This document shows positions 1 through 11,438 of a stretch of 33,725 nucleotides of DNA, piece after piece. Each line of letters begins with the position of its first letter. Position 1 is the stretch's first letter. Both the position numbers and the translations under genes were made by a program. The notes beneath the pieces were generated by a model that worked only from the letters and a program-made list of their open reading frames with translations, did no database searches and was not told where the DNA came from. This DNA is from Leidyana gryllorum EB-2025a (lineage: Eukaryota; Protista; Apicomplexa), in assembly GCA_048772705.1 (NCBI GenBank), contig JBLWGC010000108.1, positions 1 through 33,725 of the forward strand, read 5' to 3'.

Positions 1-207
1 AAGCCCCACTTACACGGGAGTGTCTCCGGCTCCACACGTGCCGGCCGGCCAGCGGAGACGGAGACACGCAGTATACACACACGTTTTTGAGTGAACATTT
101 TGAGTGAACGACAACTTACTGAAACTAATAACACGACTACAATGCACCTAAGATCAAAGAAACAGCGACTCAGCCCCGATAGCAGAACGGGGACGATGCC
201 CGTTACA
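1..207 (+). repeat. 5' LTR of element A (truncated by window edge)
   Basis: Matches 4834-5041 except a G/A substitution near 71 and one missing G in the G-run near 190; ends TTACA. Confidence 0.95.
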
Positions 208-1209
208 CTGGTAGCAGTGCGTACTCAACTACAACGAAGGAGAACGACGCGGCAGTGCACGATGACGCGGATCCTGATTTGCAACACGACGATGACAACG
301 GCGGCAATACCCCTCCCACAGAGGAAACGCAAGGCCTACAAGAACCACTACAGCAGAGTGACAAGCCGGCTCGGAAACAGGAGCGGAAACGACATGCGAG
401 AAGACTGCACAAGGATAACGAACAGCTGAAGGAAGCGCGCATGGCATTCAAGGGCCACAATCTGTTCACGGGCGGCAAAGAGTATCGGGCCAGGGACTGG
501 ATAGATACGTGCCGAGCCAAATTCTTGGCCAACAGAATAACGGATGACGCAGCCAAGGTTCAGATCGCTAGTACATTACTGGCGAACTCGGCCGCACGCT
601 GGCTACTGAACAATGAGGGAGTGATTCAAGGCACCTTGGGACGACTTCGCGCGCAGACTGATAGACGAATTTGACCCGTGCAGCGTAGTTGATACCGACA
701 TGACAAAAATGATGAAACTTACAAAAACGGACTCCATGGAAGCATACGTACTGGAATTCTGTTCCCTCAACCGAGGTATTGATGCTGCCATCGACCAACA
801 AACGAGGGTTAACATGTTCTTCGATGGCCTGCCATCCGAAGACCGAATGGCATTGGCTGCTTACACCACAGAACCACTGGAAATTGTATGCCGACGGGCA
901 CTAGTGTACAGCGTGACAGTGGGACGAAACAAGCGACCAATGGAACACTGCTTCGCCATGGAAGCGCGAAAGATCGCCCGAGTGGGCAAGAATTGTCCAT
1001 TCACTCACGAGCAGTGCATTCGCGAGAGGAGATGTTTCAACTGTGGGCAAACGGACCACACGGCCTGGAAGTGCCCATTACCGCGTGATGACAGGAGACC
1101 GGAGAGAAGGCCTGGCACCAACGTCAATAGAATGGGCGAACAACGACGTGTATTTTCGATTGCAGAGGATTTTCCGCAGTCTCAAGGCGCACTGGCCAAC
1201 CGCACTTGA
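142..1209 (+). pseudogene. gag: gag of A with two apparent 1-nt frameshifts (~190, ~630); CCHC zinc knuckle
   Basis: ATG142 MHLRSKK; restoring the G seen in the 3' LTR gives ...DARYTGSSA into ORF 255-674; ORF 700-1209 has CFNCGQTDHTAWKC; homologous to intact gags at 18812 and 27989. Confidence 0.85.
209..222 (+). promoter_or_regulatory. Primer-binding site (tRNA-iMet type) of A
   Basis: TGGTAGCAGTGCGT 1 nt after the LTR end; the same core follows five other LTRs. Confidence 0.9.
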
Positions 1210-1224
1210 GAGAACTCGTTGGCC
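1167..1224 (+). promoter_or_regulatory. Predicted -1 ribosomal frameshift signal (G GAT TTT + H-type pseudoknot)
   Basis: Heptamer 1167-1173 in gag frame; stem TCTCAAG(1180-86)/CTTGAGA(1205-11); loop GGCCAAC(1194-1200) complementary to GTTGGCC(1218-24); -1 frame is open into pol. Confidence 0.85.
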
Positions 1225-2569
1225 CGCGAGCACCACCACTGACGGCTAACTGGTACATGAGTCATCCCAACCCACGAAGCACACCCGTCCCCGCATGTGT
1301 ACTTATAGACACAGGCGCGTCGATAGCTTGCATAGATACGAATGCAGCAAGGAAGCTTTCCTTGGAGCCTAGTGGGGACTTCGTGAACATCGCCGCCCTG
1401 TATCAAACGCAAAGGAAACCACTTACACACGTACGGATCGAGACGCATGAAGGACAGACAGTTGGCGTGAAGGCAGCCATGGTGGAAGGTTTACCATACG
1501 ACATAATAATACCAACAGCTGTGATAATTCACCTAGGCCTTTGTATAGGAACCGACGTCACAAGGAACTTGTGCATACTTGAACGAAGAGTGATTCCAAT
1601 TGACAAGAGACGGAGTGTCGAATGGACTAAACCCAACAGCGAAGGCGCAGAGGTGAACGCATTAAGAGTCACCGAGCAACCAATGGAGGAAACCCATATC
1701 GATATTCCCAGGGAGGAAGAGGACTTGATCAAATTGTTTGCTCGCATATTCACGGAACCAACAGGCCTACCACCCAGGCCCCAGAACATAGACCATGACA
1801 TCACGCTCATAGACCCCAACTGCACTCCGTTTGTCCGCCAACCATATAAGATTCCCCAGAAGCATATCGGAGAAATGCGGCGCCAAATCATAGAACTCGC
1901 GGAGAACGGCAAAATCACACTCAGTAGCTCCAGTTGGGCCTCGCCGTGTATGTTCGTGCCCAAGAAAGACACGGCGGTGCCACGACTGGTCTGCGACTAT
2001 CGAGCACTGAACAATGCCACAAAAAAGGTGGCCTCACCTCTCCCAGCAATAGAGGACGCCATACAGATCTTGGGGGGAGCGGAATGGTTCTCCATCCTCG
2101 ACCTAAAGGCGGGATATCATCAGATTAGAATGACGGAACAAGCACAAAAACTCACGGCATTTGCGACTCCATGGGGCCTGTTTGAGTGGACCGTTATGCC
2201 GAACGGCCTGACGAATGCCCCCGCAACGTTCATGACACTCATGAACCAAACGTTCCATGGACTTCTTGGACACTGCGTCTTCGTCTATTTAGACGACGTC
2301 CTGATATACTCTCCTAGTCGGACACGACATAGAACGGACCTGCAAGAAGTTTTCACACGGCTCGACCGAGCAACCTTACGAGTACACCGCAGGAAATCCC
2401 ACTTCTTCAAAACACGCATCGAGTACATCGGACACCAGATCGAAGCTGGATGCATCTCACCAATTCCCCAAAAAGTGGATGGACTATGTGAGATCCATCA
2501 CCCGACAACGTTGAGGGAACTCCAGCGCTTCCTCGGAATGTTTAATTACTACCGGAAGTTCATACCGAA

Positions 2570-2807
2570 TGTAACCCCGGTTCCCACAGGTCGCCATGGC
2601 GTCGGGTTGACGGCTAAGCCGCCGGCTGCTGCGTAGCTCCAATGGCATGGTACGTTCGTTAGTAAGCTTTGAAATGACTAATCTGTGTTTGTAGATCGCG
2701 CGTCTCCGTGTGTGCCCGGTCTACCGGCCTCGGAGACACCCTCTAATGATGCTGATCCAGCTGCGGCTGGTCAGTGACTAACTAAACTAAAAGTGTCCTT
2801 GTCTACA
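2570..2807 (-). mobile_element. Solo LTR S1 (238 bp) with TSD CCGAA
   Basis: CCGAA at 2565-2569 and 2808-2812; minus-strand termini TGTAG...TTACA; contains the GTCTCC/GGAGAC motif and gag start MPLELRSSRR...GY (ATG 2648). Confidence 0.92.
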
Positions 2808-4813
2808 CCGAACTTCGCCCAGATATCCGCACCACTATACGCAGCTGGAAAAGGCAAGAAGAAACCTACAGATAAGATTGAACGTACAGCCGACACCGAC
2901 GCAGCGATAGCCTTATTAAAGGAAAGCATCCGCACGGCGCCCAAGCTCTCTTTCCCTCTTGCAACGGTCACAGAACTCACCATTAACACAGATGCCAGTC
3001 TCAATGCAGTTGGAGCCGTACTACAACAGAAAACCGACAGAGGGATGTGCCCAGTGGATTTCTTCTCCAAAACCCTCAACGACGCTCAAAGCAGATACCC
3101 AACACATGAGCGGGAGTTGTTGGCCATCGTGCTCGCGTGCCGTCACTGGCGACACCTGTTAGTGGGCAGAAGAACGAATATTGTTACGGATCATAAACCG
3201 TTGACTTACCTGATGCAGCAGCCACACCTCTCCGACAGACAGGTGAGATGGCTCATCACCTTGGCGGAATTGGACATCAACATCACCTACTTGAGGGGAA
3301 CCCAAAATTTTATTGGCGATCTATTGAGTCGACCCCGACATCCACAGGTGGACGAGAACCACTCAGAATGTTTCAGCATACAACTATCGGCCAAACAGAA
3401 CATAGAAGAGAGACTCAGGGAGAGCTGGAGAACAAAGGAACAGGAAGCGGGCAAATGTGGAGAAGTTCAATGGATTGAGGGGCTTCCAGTAACCCCAGAA
3501 GCAACAATAGAAGTACCCAATGACCCGTCCATAATAAGGGAGATTATTGCTGAGAATCACGACAGCACCCTGGCTGGGCATTTGGCCCCAGAGAAAACGA
3601 TTGGAAGAATCAAGGCCTTGTTCACGTGGCGGGGACTATCGGCGGATGTCTCGGCGTACTGCCGGAATTGCCAAACTTGCCAACGATCCAAGATGCGAAA
3701 TCACCGCAAATTCGGACTTCTGAACCCGTTAAACAATCCGACCAGCCCCTGGGTCGAAATAGGACTTGACTTCCTAGAACTGCCTCCCGACGAACGAACC
3801 GGCCACAATTATGTGATGGTTGTGGTTGATAGGCTCTCGCGACGCATACGACTGATACCGTGTTTCAAGACAATCACTGCAAACGAAGCGGCAGAACTAT
3901 TCACCACTAATATTATCAAAGTTCACGGTCTACCACAGAAAGTGGTCTCCGATAGAGACCCACGGTTCACAGCGGCGATTTGGCAGGATACTCTAAAAGG
4001 CTTGGGAATTGACTTAGCGATGTCAACGGCAGCTCATCCGCAGACTAACGGACTCGTTGAACGAGCAAATAGATCAATCGTACAGATGCTCAGGTGCACA
4101 CTTGCAGGTCATGGGGGATCGTGGATGACTCATCTCTCTGCCACTGAGATGGCATATAACAGCTCACTGCAGGCTTCGACGAACTCAACCCCCCTGGAAT
4201 TGGATACGGGCCGCATCACCTTGATTCCATCAAACCTACACGACATAGCAGGCCAACGCTCCACCAGCAGCAAACTTTACCTTCAGAGGATACAGGAGGC
4301 TCGCGATCGACTCTCAGCGGCCCAAGCTGCGCAAAAGAACCAAGCTGACAAGTGGAGAGTGCAGCAGTCGTTCGAAGTAGGACAACAAGTGCTCCTATCA
4401 ACCAAGCAGTTGGCCCACGTGCCACGCCATAAACTCACCAACCCATTCGCAGGTCCATTCACCATCATAGCACGAGGTCAACATGATACGTACACCCTCG
4501 ACCTACCGGACTCCTGGGGGCTACTACCCAAGTTTCACGTATCCCGACTTGAGCCTTTTCGCTCAGAGCAACGAATTATAACAATTACAGATGACGAAAA
4601 CGAACCGAAGTCGGACGACGGGATATACATAATGGAGAAGGTGGTAGGTTGGCGCGAACAAGAGGGACAGCTACAGTACCTCATCCAATGGGTGGGATAC
4701 CCTGACAAAACGTGGGAAAGCGCAGAGACGGTTCTTGAAGCCGAGGGACAAGACCTTATACAAGAATTCACGAGAGAGTGGAACAAAAGGAACCCACGGA
4801 ACCCGTTTACAAC

Positions 4814-4830
4814 GGAGGGGGTGGGAGGAG
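4814..4830 (+). promoter_or_regulatory. Polypurine tract of A
   Basis: GGAGGGGGTGGGAGGAG directly abutting the LTR start TGTAA. Confidence 0.85.
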
Positions 4831-5041
4831 TGTAAGCCCCACTTACACGGGAGTGTCTCCGGCTCCACACGTGCCGGCCGGCCAGCGGAGACGGAGACAC
4901 GCAATATACACACACGTTTTTGAGTGAACATTTTGAGTGAACGACAACTTACTGAAACTAATAACACGACTACAATGCACCTAAGATCAAAGAAACAGCG
5001 ACTCAGCCCCGATAGCAGAACGGGGGACGATGCCCGTTACA
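4831..5041 (+). repeat. 3' LTR of element A (211 bp)
   Basis: TGTAAGCCCC...CCCGTTACA; direct repeat of the window start. Confidence 0.95.
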
Positions 5042-6586
5042 GTTGTTCGAGGGTGCCGCCCACTGCCTCATTGCTGGCATCAGTGTATATGTGGAAAGGT
5101 AAGTTCTCGTCGACAACTCCTAGGGTAAGGTCCTGGCTGAAGGCTCTCTTCTGATCCTCTCCCAATGTTCTGAGTCTGCAGGTGACCACTGGATCTTGTC
5201 TCCTTTCTTGGTGTATTGATTGATCACATTGTGGAGCGGAGCAGCTTTGGCAGCGAAGTTCGGGATGTATTTGGCATAGTATGTCATTGCTCCCAGCGTC
5301 TTTCGTAGAGCCCCCATCGTTTCCGGCCTCGGCAGCCTTGAAGATGTCTTGTTTTACTGGATCGGGTCGGATGCCTTTCTGGTCGAGGTACTGGCCCACG
5401 AATCCCACCTCAGTAATAAAGAAGGCTGACTTGGCTGGGTGGACATGAAGCTGATGCTTCTGCAGTGTTGTTAATATCTGTCGGAGGTCCTCCCGATGTT
5501 GTTGGTGCGTGGGGCTATACACGAGAATGTCATCAACGTACACTATGCAACATTTTCCGATCCAGTCTCGCAGTATGTCCTCCATGAAGGCGACGAATGC
5601 TGGAGGGGCGTTCTTGAGGCCGAATGGTAGGACTCGCCATTCGTACTTGCCTAAGGGGGTACTGAAGGCCGTGTATGCCTGTGACTCCGGCCTCATCTGA
5701 ATCTGGTGGTACCCAGATTTCAAGTCCAGTTTAGAAAATACTCGCGATCCTCGCAATGTTGGTGCTGATAGATCAGCCCGTGGTATCGGGTATGCGTAGG
5801 TGATGGTTCTATCGTTGAGGTGTTTGTAATTGATAACCATCCGTGGAATCGGTGTGTCTTTCTTCGAAGCCAGGAACAAGGAGCTCCCCACTCCGATTTG
5901 GATGGTGCAATCATTCCTAGGTTCAGCAACTCTGCTATCTGTCGTTCTATCTCCTTCCTTTGTTGTTGGCCGCAAGCGTAAGGTCGTTCAAAATGGGCCA
6001 CCGAGTTGGGCTTCAGTCTGATCTCAAAATCATGGAACCCACGTGAGGGTGGTGTCGACTGTGGTGCCTTGAACAAGTTCCCAAATTCGTTTGTGATCCA
6101 TTCCTCTCCAATCGGGTATTTGATTGTCTGGGCCGTGGCCGTACTTATTTGTAAGACTTGAGAGGTGTGTGAGGCATCCGCTAGTGACAGTTGCTCCAAA
6201 ATTGTGAGTTCACCGCGTATGTTTGTTCCTATCGCCAGCTTCAGTGCACAAATGGTCTCAACGCCCAAAATGACGTCGTATCTGTCGATGTTGGCGACTT
6301 GAAATTTCAGTTTTACGCCTGGCGTTTTTGTGTCAATAGGTGTGCCTCCGTCTCTCCCCGACTGTATTGTGATCCAATTCCGGTTAGCTGTTTAGCTGAC
6401 CCTTGGTGTACCTTGAGGCTTAATCTGGCTGCTGTATCTGGATGCATAACAGTGATTTCCGCCCCGGTATCCACCAGGCATAAGGCCTGTAATCTGGCTT
6501 CCTTCGCGTAGATCCACCACCGCACCGCTGCCTGTTGTCGCTCTCCGATGGCAAATACGAGGGCCCCTCCGTCCAAGGACGGAGGG
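5042..6586 (-). pseudogene. pol: pol fragment 'B' (PR-RT-start of RNase H), frameshifted, cut by LTRs on both sides
   Basis: ORF pieces with LVDTGAE, LDLKSGYHQI, YVDD and TDASNEAVGG in different frames. Confidence 0.9.
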
Positions 6587-6810
6587 TATAACCTGGCGGT
6601 CCGTTCTCGTTGCCATCGAGATTGGTAAGTGATCTGCTACGTAATTCCATGTTTCTTAGGTGTGTGTTGTTCGTGTTCCCCCCGCGTCTCCGTGCCGGTG
6701 CCGGCCCGCATGGAGACACAGAGATGCTGGTAAGCTGGACTGGCTTTGCCAGACAGTGATATGCAACTAAACATGACACTGGTCTACACTGGTGGCGGCT
6801 ATCCGCTACA
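6587..6810 (-). repeat. 3' LTR of H (224 bp, TGTAG...TTATA)
   Basis: Preceded by GGAGGAG; pol stop TAG lies within TGTAG; holds gag start MELRSRS...PGY (ATG 6650). Single copy, so boundaries are inferred by analogy. Confidence 0.82.
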
Positions 6811-7070
6811 CTCCTCCGGGGTTGGTAAAGAGGTCCTCGCCTCGCAGTTGGGCAGGCGTGTATGGAACTCGAGTGGTTGGCCTGTTATTGAACTCGCGTC
6901 GGTAAGCCAGTACCAAGTCCAAGGCGTCTCCTTCTCGTATCGTCTCAATTGGCTCCCACGAGGGCTCCTCATAGCCTTGCCATTTGACTAACCAGTGCAT
7001 TCCTCTTGAAGTCAACCTCTCTCCGATCACCTTGTCCATGAGATATACCGGGGCGGTCTCTGCGGGCGGG

Positions 7071-7426
7071 TGTAATGGCCATCGGTTCCGTGGGCGTTGT
7101 CGGTGAGTTCTCGGCCACTACGTAATTGCATCTTAGATACTTCGTTCGCAGGTTCAGTGGTCATGCCGGTCGGTTCGCACGTAATCAAAAAGGTGAGTTC
7201 ACACGATGATCTGGCTTGTGTCCCCCCGTGTCTCCGGCCGGCCGGCCGGCACGCCGGAGACACAGACACGATCAGGACGGCTGGCTTCGGTTGGACGTCG
7301 TCAAACGCCTCGGTGACGAAGTAGCCTTCCCCCGACGGTGGTGCCTTGGGTCGGTTCTAGCGTCGGGGCTCTATCGAGGAGCGGTGTTCGTTGCGACGAT
7401 GTCGGCATTGGCTCTAAAGTGTTACA
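7071..7426 (-). mobile_element. Solo LTR S2 (356 bp) with TSD GCGGG
   Basis: GCGGG at 7066-7070 and 7427-7431; TGTAA...TTACA; gag start MQLRSGRE...HY (ATG 7131). Removal restores FHVSRLTRYNGDPPAETAPVYLMDK. Confidence 0.92.
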
Positions 7427-10400
7427 GCGGGTCTCCATTGTATCTGGTAAGTCGTGACACGTGAAAACGGTTGTAGATGCGTAGTCCGGGGGGTAGCTCA
7501 ATCTCATACACGTTTCCTGGGATCTGTTGTGACACGCGGAAGGGGCCTATGCGAGCGGGGGAGAGCTTACCGTTTGAGTCCTTTCAGGTTGGTGGTGGAG
7601 AGTAGCACCCAGTCGTTGACCTCGAATGACTCATCCTGTCTGTGGCGGTCTGCGTTCCGTTTTTGTTTTTGTTGGGCGGCGTTTATGCGGTCTAGAACTT
7701 CTCTGATTCGTTCGGAGTACAGTTGGATTGGTCTGTTTGTGTGAGGAGGAAGTGGGAGTGTTGCCTCGAAGGGTCCTCGAAAGGGTCTTCCTGTCTCCGC
7801 CTCATGCGGCGACATCCCTATGGACTCGTTGAAGGTGGCGTTGAAGGCCATCTCTACCGTGGGTAATAGGTGTCTCCAGTTGTCGCCTATCTCGTTGCAG
7901 ATGTTTCTCAAGATTTGGATGACGGTCCGGTGTGCTCTTTCTGCCATTCCGTTTGTCTGAGGGTGGAAAGCTGAGCTGGTTCGCAGTCGAGTGTTCGTCA
8001 GTTGCAGTACTTCGGTCCACGCCTCTGACAGCCACCTGGAGTCGCGGACTGCTACGATGCTTTCTGGGCAGCCGTGTGGTCGTATCAAGTAGTTGAACAG
8101 CAGTTTGGCGGTGCCGATTGCTGTAACCTCTTTGGTACAGGGTGCCAGGATGATCTTTCTGGTCAGTCTGTCGATAATGGTAAGTACGCAATCTTCTCCG
8201 GTCTCGCTGTCTCTCGGCAGGCATAGTAGGTCTATGCTCACCTCCTTCCAAGGTCCACTGGGCGGTGGAAGTGGGGTGAGGAGGCCCAGCGGCCGGTGGT
8301 TAGCTGCCTTAGTCTTCTGACATGAATCACATTTCCTACAGAACTCGCGCACGTCCTGTGCCAAACCATCCCAGTTGAAGAGAGCTGCTATGCGGCGTAG
8401 CGTCCGGTCCGATGCCATGTGACCACCGAGTGGTGAGGCATGTGCCTCCTCCAGTATCTTCATCCTGATGGTAGTGTTGTCTGGTACTTGTATTCTTCCC
8501 TCCTGATCGTATACCAGGCCTTCGTGTCGGTATAGGTGGTCGTTCAATTCTATGTTCGCGCTGAGTCGTTTTAGTGCTAGGAGGAACTCGTCTTCCTGGC
8601 TCTGGGCTCTAGCCGACATACAACTGCCACGCGGTGGTCGGCTCAGTAAGTCGGCTAAGTAGTTGTCTTTGCCTTTGATGTAATCGATCTCGCAAGGATA
8701 TTGTGAGATCTTTATCAGGGTACGCACTACCCGCTCTATACGTTTTTCGCTTTCACTAAGGTCACCAGCGGTTTATGGTCCGTGAGGACTCTGAAGGGCT
8801 TCTCCATCAAGAAATGGCGCCACCTCTTGAGAGCCATTTCAATGGCGTATAGTTCACGCTCGTGAACTGGCCAGTTGCGTTGTGCCGAGGTCAACGAGGT
8901 GCTCATGAATTCCAAGGGTAGTCGCTGCCCGTTCTGTTCTTGTTCAAGTGTGGCGCCGATGGCCTCGTTTGACGCATCGGTAGTAACGAGCAGTGGCAGG
9001 GTTCGGTCCATATGCCCGAGCTTGTTGTTGCTCGTGAAGGCTTCTGTAAGGGCTTTCCACTCTTTCAACGACTCCGCGTCCCATTTTATCTTCTCACTCG
9101 GCCGGCTTGCTGAACTGATCCGTCTGTGAAAAGGGCGGGTGAGAGAGGCGAACATTGGAATGAATCTTGCGTAGTAAGTCATCGACCCGATTATGGCGCG
9201 TAGTACTTGTATGGTTTCTGGAGGGGGGTGGTGTCGGAAGAAGTGAACTCTCGATTGGTCCGGTTGAATGCCGTGGGTAGTAACATGATGGCCAGTGAAG
9301 TGGAATTTTTGCAAGAAAAATTGAGATTTTTGTGGGTTCAAGAAAAGCTGGTGTTCCCGTAGCCGTGCGAAGACTGCCTTCAAGCGCTCTCGGTGGTCCT
9401 CAACTGTGGTGCTGTAGACTAACACGTCGTCAACGTAGGCGACGCACACAAATCGGCCGATCATCCCGTCCAGAACGTGGGTCATGAGGGCGATAAACGA
9501 GCAAGGAGCGTTTTTAAGCCCGAAAGGGCATCACGGTATACTGGAACTTTCCGAACGGGGGCGGGACCAAATCCGCTGCAAGCGGCTGTGATTTCTCCTG
9601 GATCCGAAACCTGACTAAATCCTGACTTGAGATCCAGTTTCGAGAAGACTCGTGCTCCTCTGAGTTTGGACAGGTTCTCCTCCGTGGTCATCGTCGGGGT
9701 AAGTGTACGACACTGGGCCACTCATTCAATGCTTTATAGTTCACAACCATCCTGGGCGTGGCTGTGTCCTTCTTCCCTACCAGGAAACAGGGTGCCGACC
9801 ACTCCGATCGTGAGCGCGTCACTTTCCCCTGGGCAAGCAGTTCCATCACTTGTCTTCGCAACTCCTTCTGATTCTGCTCCGTCCCTCCAGATGGTCTCCC
9901 ATTGAAAGGTTGTGCCTCGGGCAATAACTGGATGCGGAAATTGAAGAATCCTCTGTCCGGTGGATAAGGTAGCTCCTCTTTTAGCAGGTCCTTGTACTCT
10001 GTTGTGATCGACTCTGCCTGGTCGACCGTCGCTGGAGGCACCGGCGTCGGGGCGTGCCGTGCCATTGTTGTGAAGGCTGTTTGCGTAGACTGGATTGTGG
10101 TTCCTTCCGCGACTACCATATGTCCTCTCCCGTCCGTTCCGAGTAATAAACTGGCCTCGTGGATGACCGGTATGCCAAGAATGGCTTGGTAACCATTTAG
10201 TTTGGCAATGGCGAAGCTCATTGGCCCGTACTCGTGGTGCGGTGTCGCGTAATATTGCGTGAGTTTCTCCATCGCAAGTGACGCTTCCCATTCCTTCTAT
10301 CCGTCGAAGGGTCGACTCGTGTGCTGTGAGTCCCATCTGTTCATATGTCGACGTATCAAGTATGTTGAGCTCGGCGCCGGAAAGTCTATCAGGGCGCGTA

Positions 10401-10538
10401 CGGTTGTTCGTTTGCCGGTTGTCAGGTGTTCAGATCCCAGCTCACTGAGGCAGTCCAACCTATTCTGTGCGGGTTGTCGTCAAGTCGTAATGCTGTGAAA
10501 CAGCTGGGTTCCCCCCGGTGCTTTCGGTGGGCCGGGGG

Positions 10539-10800
10539 TGTAACCTGACTCTAAGGCCGGGTTCGTAGTGCTCAGGTGAATGCTTCGTCCGCTACGTAAA
10601 ACCATTGTTGTTCCAATGCAGGCACGTGAAAGGTAAGTCACAAAGGTACGTCTAATCTAGAGTCTATATATGTGTCTCCGTTAATGCCGGTGCCGGCCGG
10701 CCGGAGACGGAGACACACACACTGGTGAACCGGTCCCGGCCGGTCACCGATGAGCGTCCTCCTTGCAGTAACTATCCGTGTAACCGTTCTAACGGTTACA
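10539..10800 (-). mobile_element. Solo LTR S3 (262 bp) with TSD GGGGG, related to D-family LTR
   Basis: GGGGG at 10534-10538 and 10801-10805; TGTAACC...GGTTACA; gag start MVLRSGRS...GY (ATG 10605); U3 similar to 18014-18110. Confidence 0.92.
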
Positions 10801-10810
10801 GGGGGTGCGG

Positions 10811-10989
10811 TCAAAAATCCTCCTTCTCGGAATCCGTGCTATTCTCTAATCCCGGTTGGTTACCCTCCATGGCGTTGTACACTGTGCGCTGTGGCTTCGG
10901 CTCGTTTCGTTTTCGACGTTCTGGACACTGTCTCGTCATGTGGTCCGCCTTGCCGCATATGTAGCATAAGCGATTTTGCTCGCAATGCT
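10811..10989 (-). pseudogene. gag: gag C-terminal fragment of H (zinc knuckle, ends EDF*)
   Basis: HCEQNRLCYICGKADHMTRQC; ends GAG GAT TTT TGA. Confidence 0.88.
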
Positions 10990-11180
10990 TGTAAGGTGAA
11001 CATCTATCACCGGCGACCCGGAGGCCGGCCGGCACGTGGACCCGGAGACGGAGACAGGGAGAGTACAAACACGCACGTGTTTCAGTATTAGTTTTTTCGA
11101 GTGACTTACCTGCACAATGAACAACGAACTACAAAACCAGTCCATTAGCTCGGGACCAGCAGCGGAGAAGGCGGGTTACA
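10990..11180 (+). repeat. 5' LTR 'X' (191 bp) followed by PBS and a gag stub
   Basis: TGTAAGG...GGTTACA, then C + TGGTAGCAGTGCG (11182-11194); ATG 11117 reads MNNELQ...AGYTGSSAPRYEQLP. Confidence 0.88.
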
Positions 11181-11216
11181 CTGGTAGCAGTGCGCCTCGT
11201 TACGAACAACTACCCT

Positions 11217-11425
11217 TATAACCGGGGGGTAGGTCCGGTGGGGATTGGTCTAGGTTCTGTCCTATCTGTTTGCCGTTCCTAAGCTGTAGCATAGTTAGAT
11301 CTGTTGTTTCACTGTTCATGCACTCCGGTTCCAAAAAAGGTTCGTGTGTTTCGTGTCTGTTTGTTTACGTCTCCGTCTCCGGGTTTCCGGTCATGCCGGT
11401 CTGCCGGTGATGGTCTTCGGTTACA
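11217..11425 (-). repeat. 3' LTR of C (TGTAA...TTATA)
   Basis: Direct repeat of 15700-15908. Confidence 0.95.
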
Positions 11426-11438
11426 CTCTTCCCCCTCT

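Larger units (their letters stand above)
1167..4835 (+). pseudogene. pol: pol of A (PR, RT, RNase H, integrase, chromodomain), interrupted by solo LTR 2570-2807
   Basis: LIDTGA protease, YLDD RT, TDAS..ERELLA RNase H, HHCC + DDE integrase, GPF motif, chromodomain YIMEKV..YLIQWVGY..TWE. Removing the insert plus one TSD restores FIPNFAQIS in frame. Confidence 0.93.
1..5041 (+). mobile_element. Ty3/Gypsy chromovirus-type LTR retrotransposon 'A', near full length, carrying solo LTR S1
   Basis: Direct repeats 1-207 and 4831-5041 (TGTAA...TTACA), PBS at 209, gag then PR-RT-RH-IN-chromodomain, PPT 4814-4830. The first 3 nt of the 5' LTR are outside the window, so the TSD cannot be checked. Confidence 0.95.
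6806..10820 (-). pseudogene. pol: pol of H, multiple frameshifts and two LTR insertions
   Basis: ORFs 9688-10272, 9482-9721, 8736-9485, 7567-8727 and 6806-7039 are collinear with the intact pol at 11439-14789. Confidence 0.88.
6587..10989 (-). mobile_element. 5'-truncated element 'H' (gag end, frameshifted pol, 3' LTR) carrying two solo LTRs
   Basis: Zinc knuckle CYICGKADHMTRQC, GGATTTT, PR/RT (YVDD)/RH/IN pieces, chromodomain (ORF 6806-7039), LTR 6587-6810; protein pieces resemble element C. Confidence 0.88.

Noticed and set aside
209-222. tRNA gene
   Set aside because: Only the 13-18 nt complement of a tRNA 3' end (PBS); no cloverleaf.
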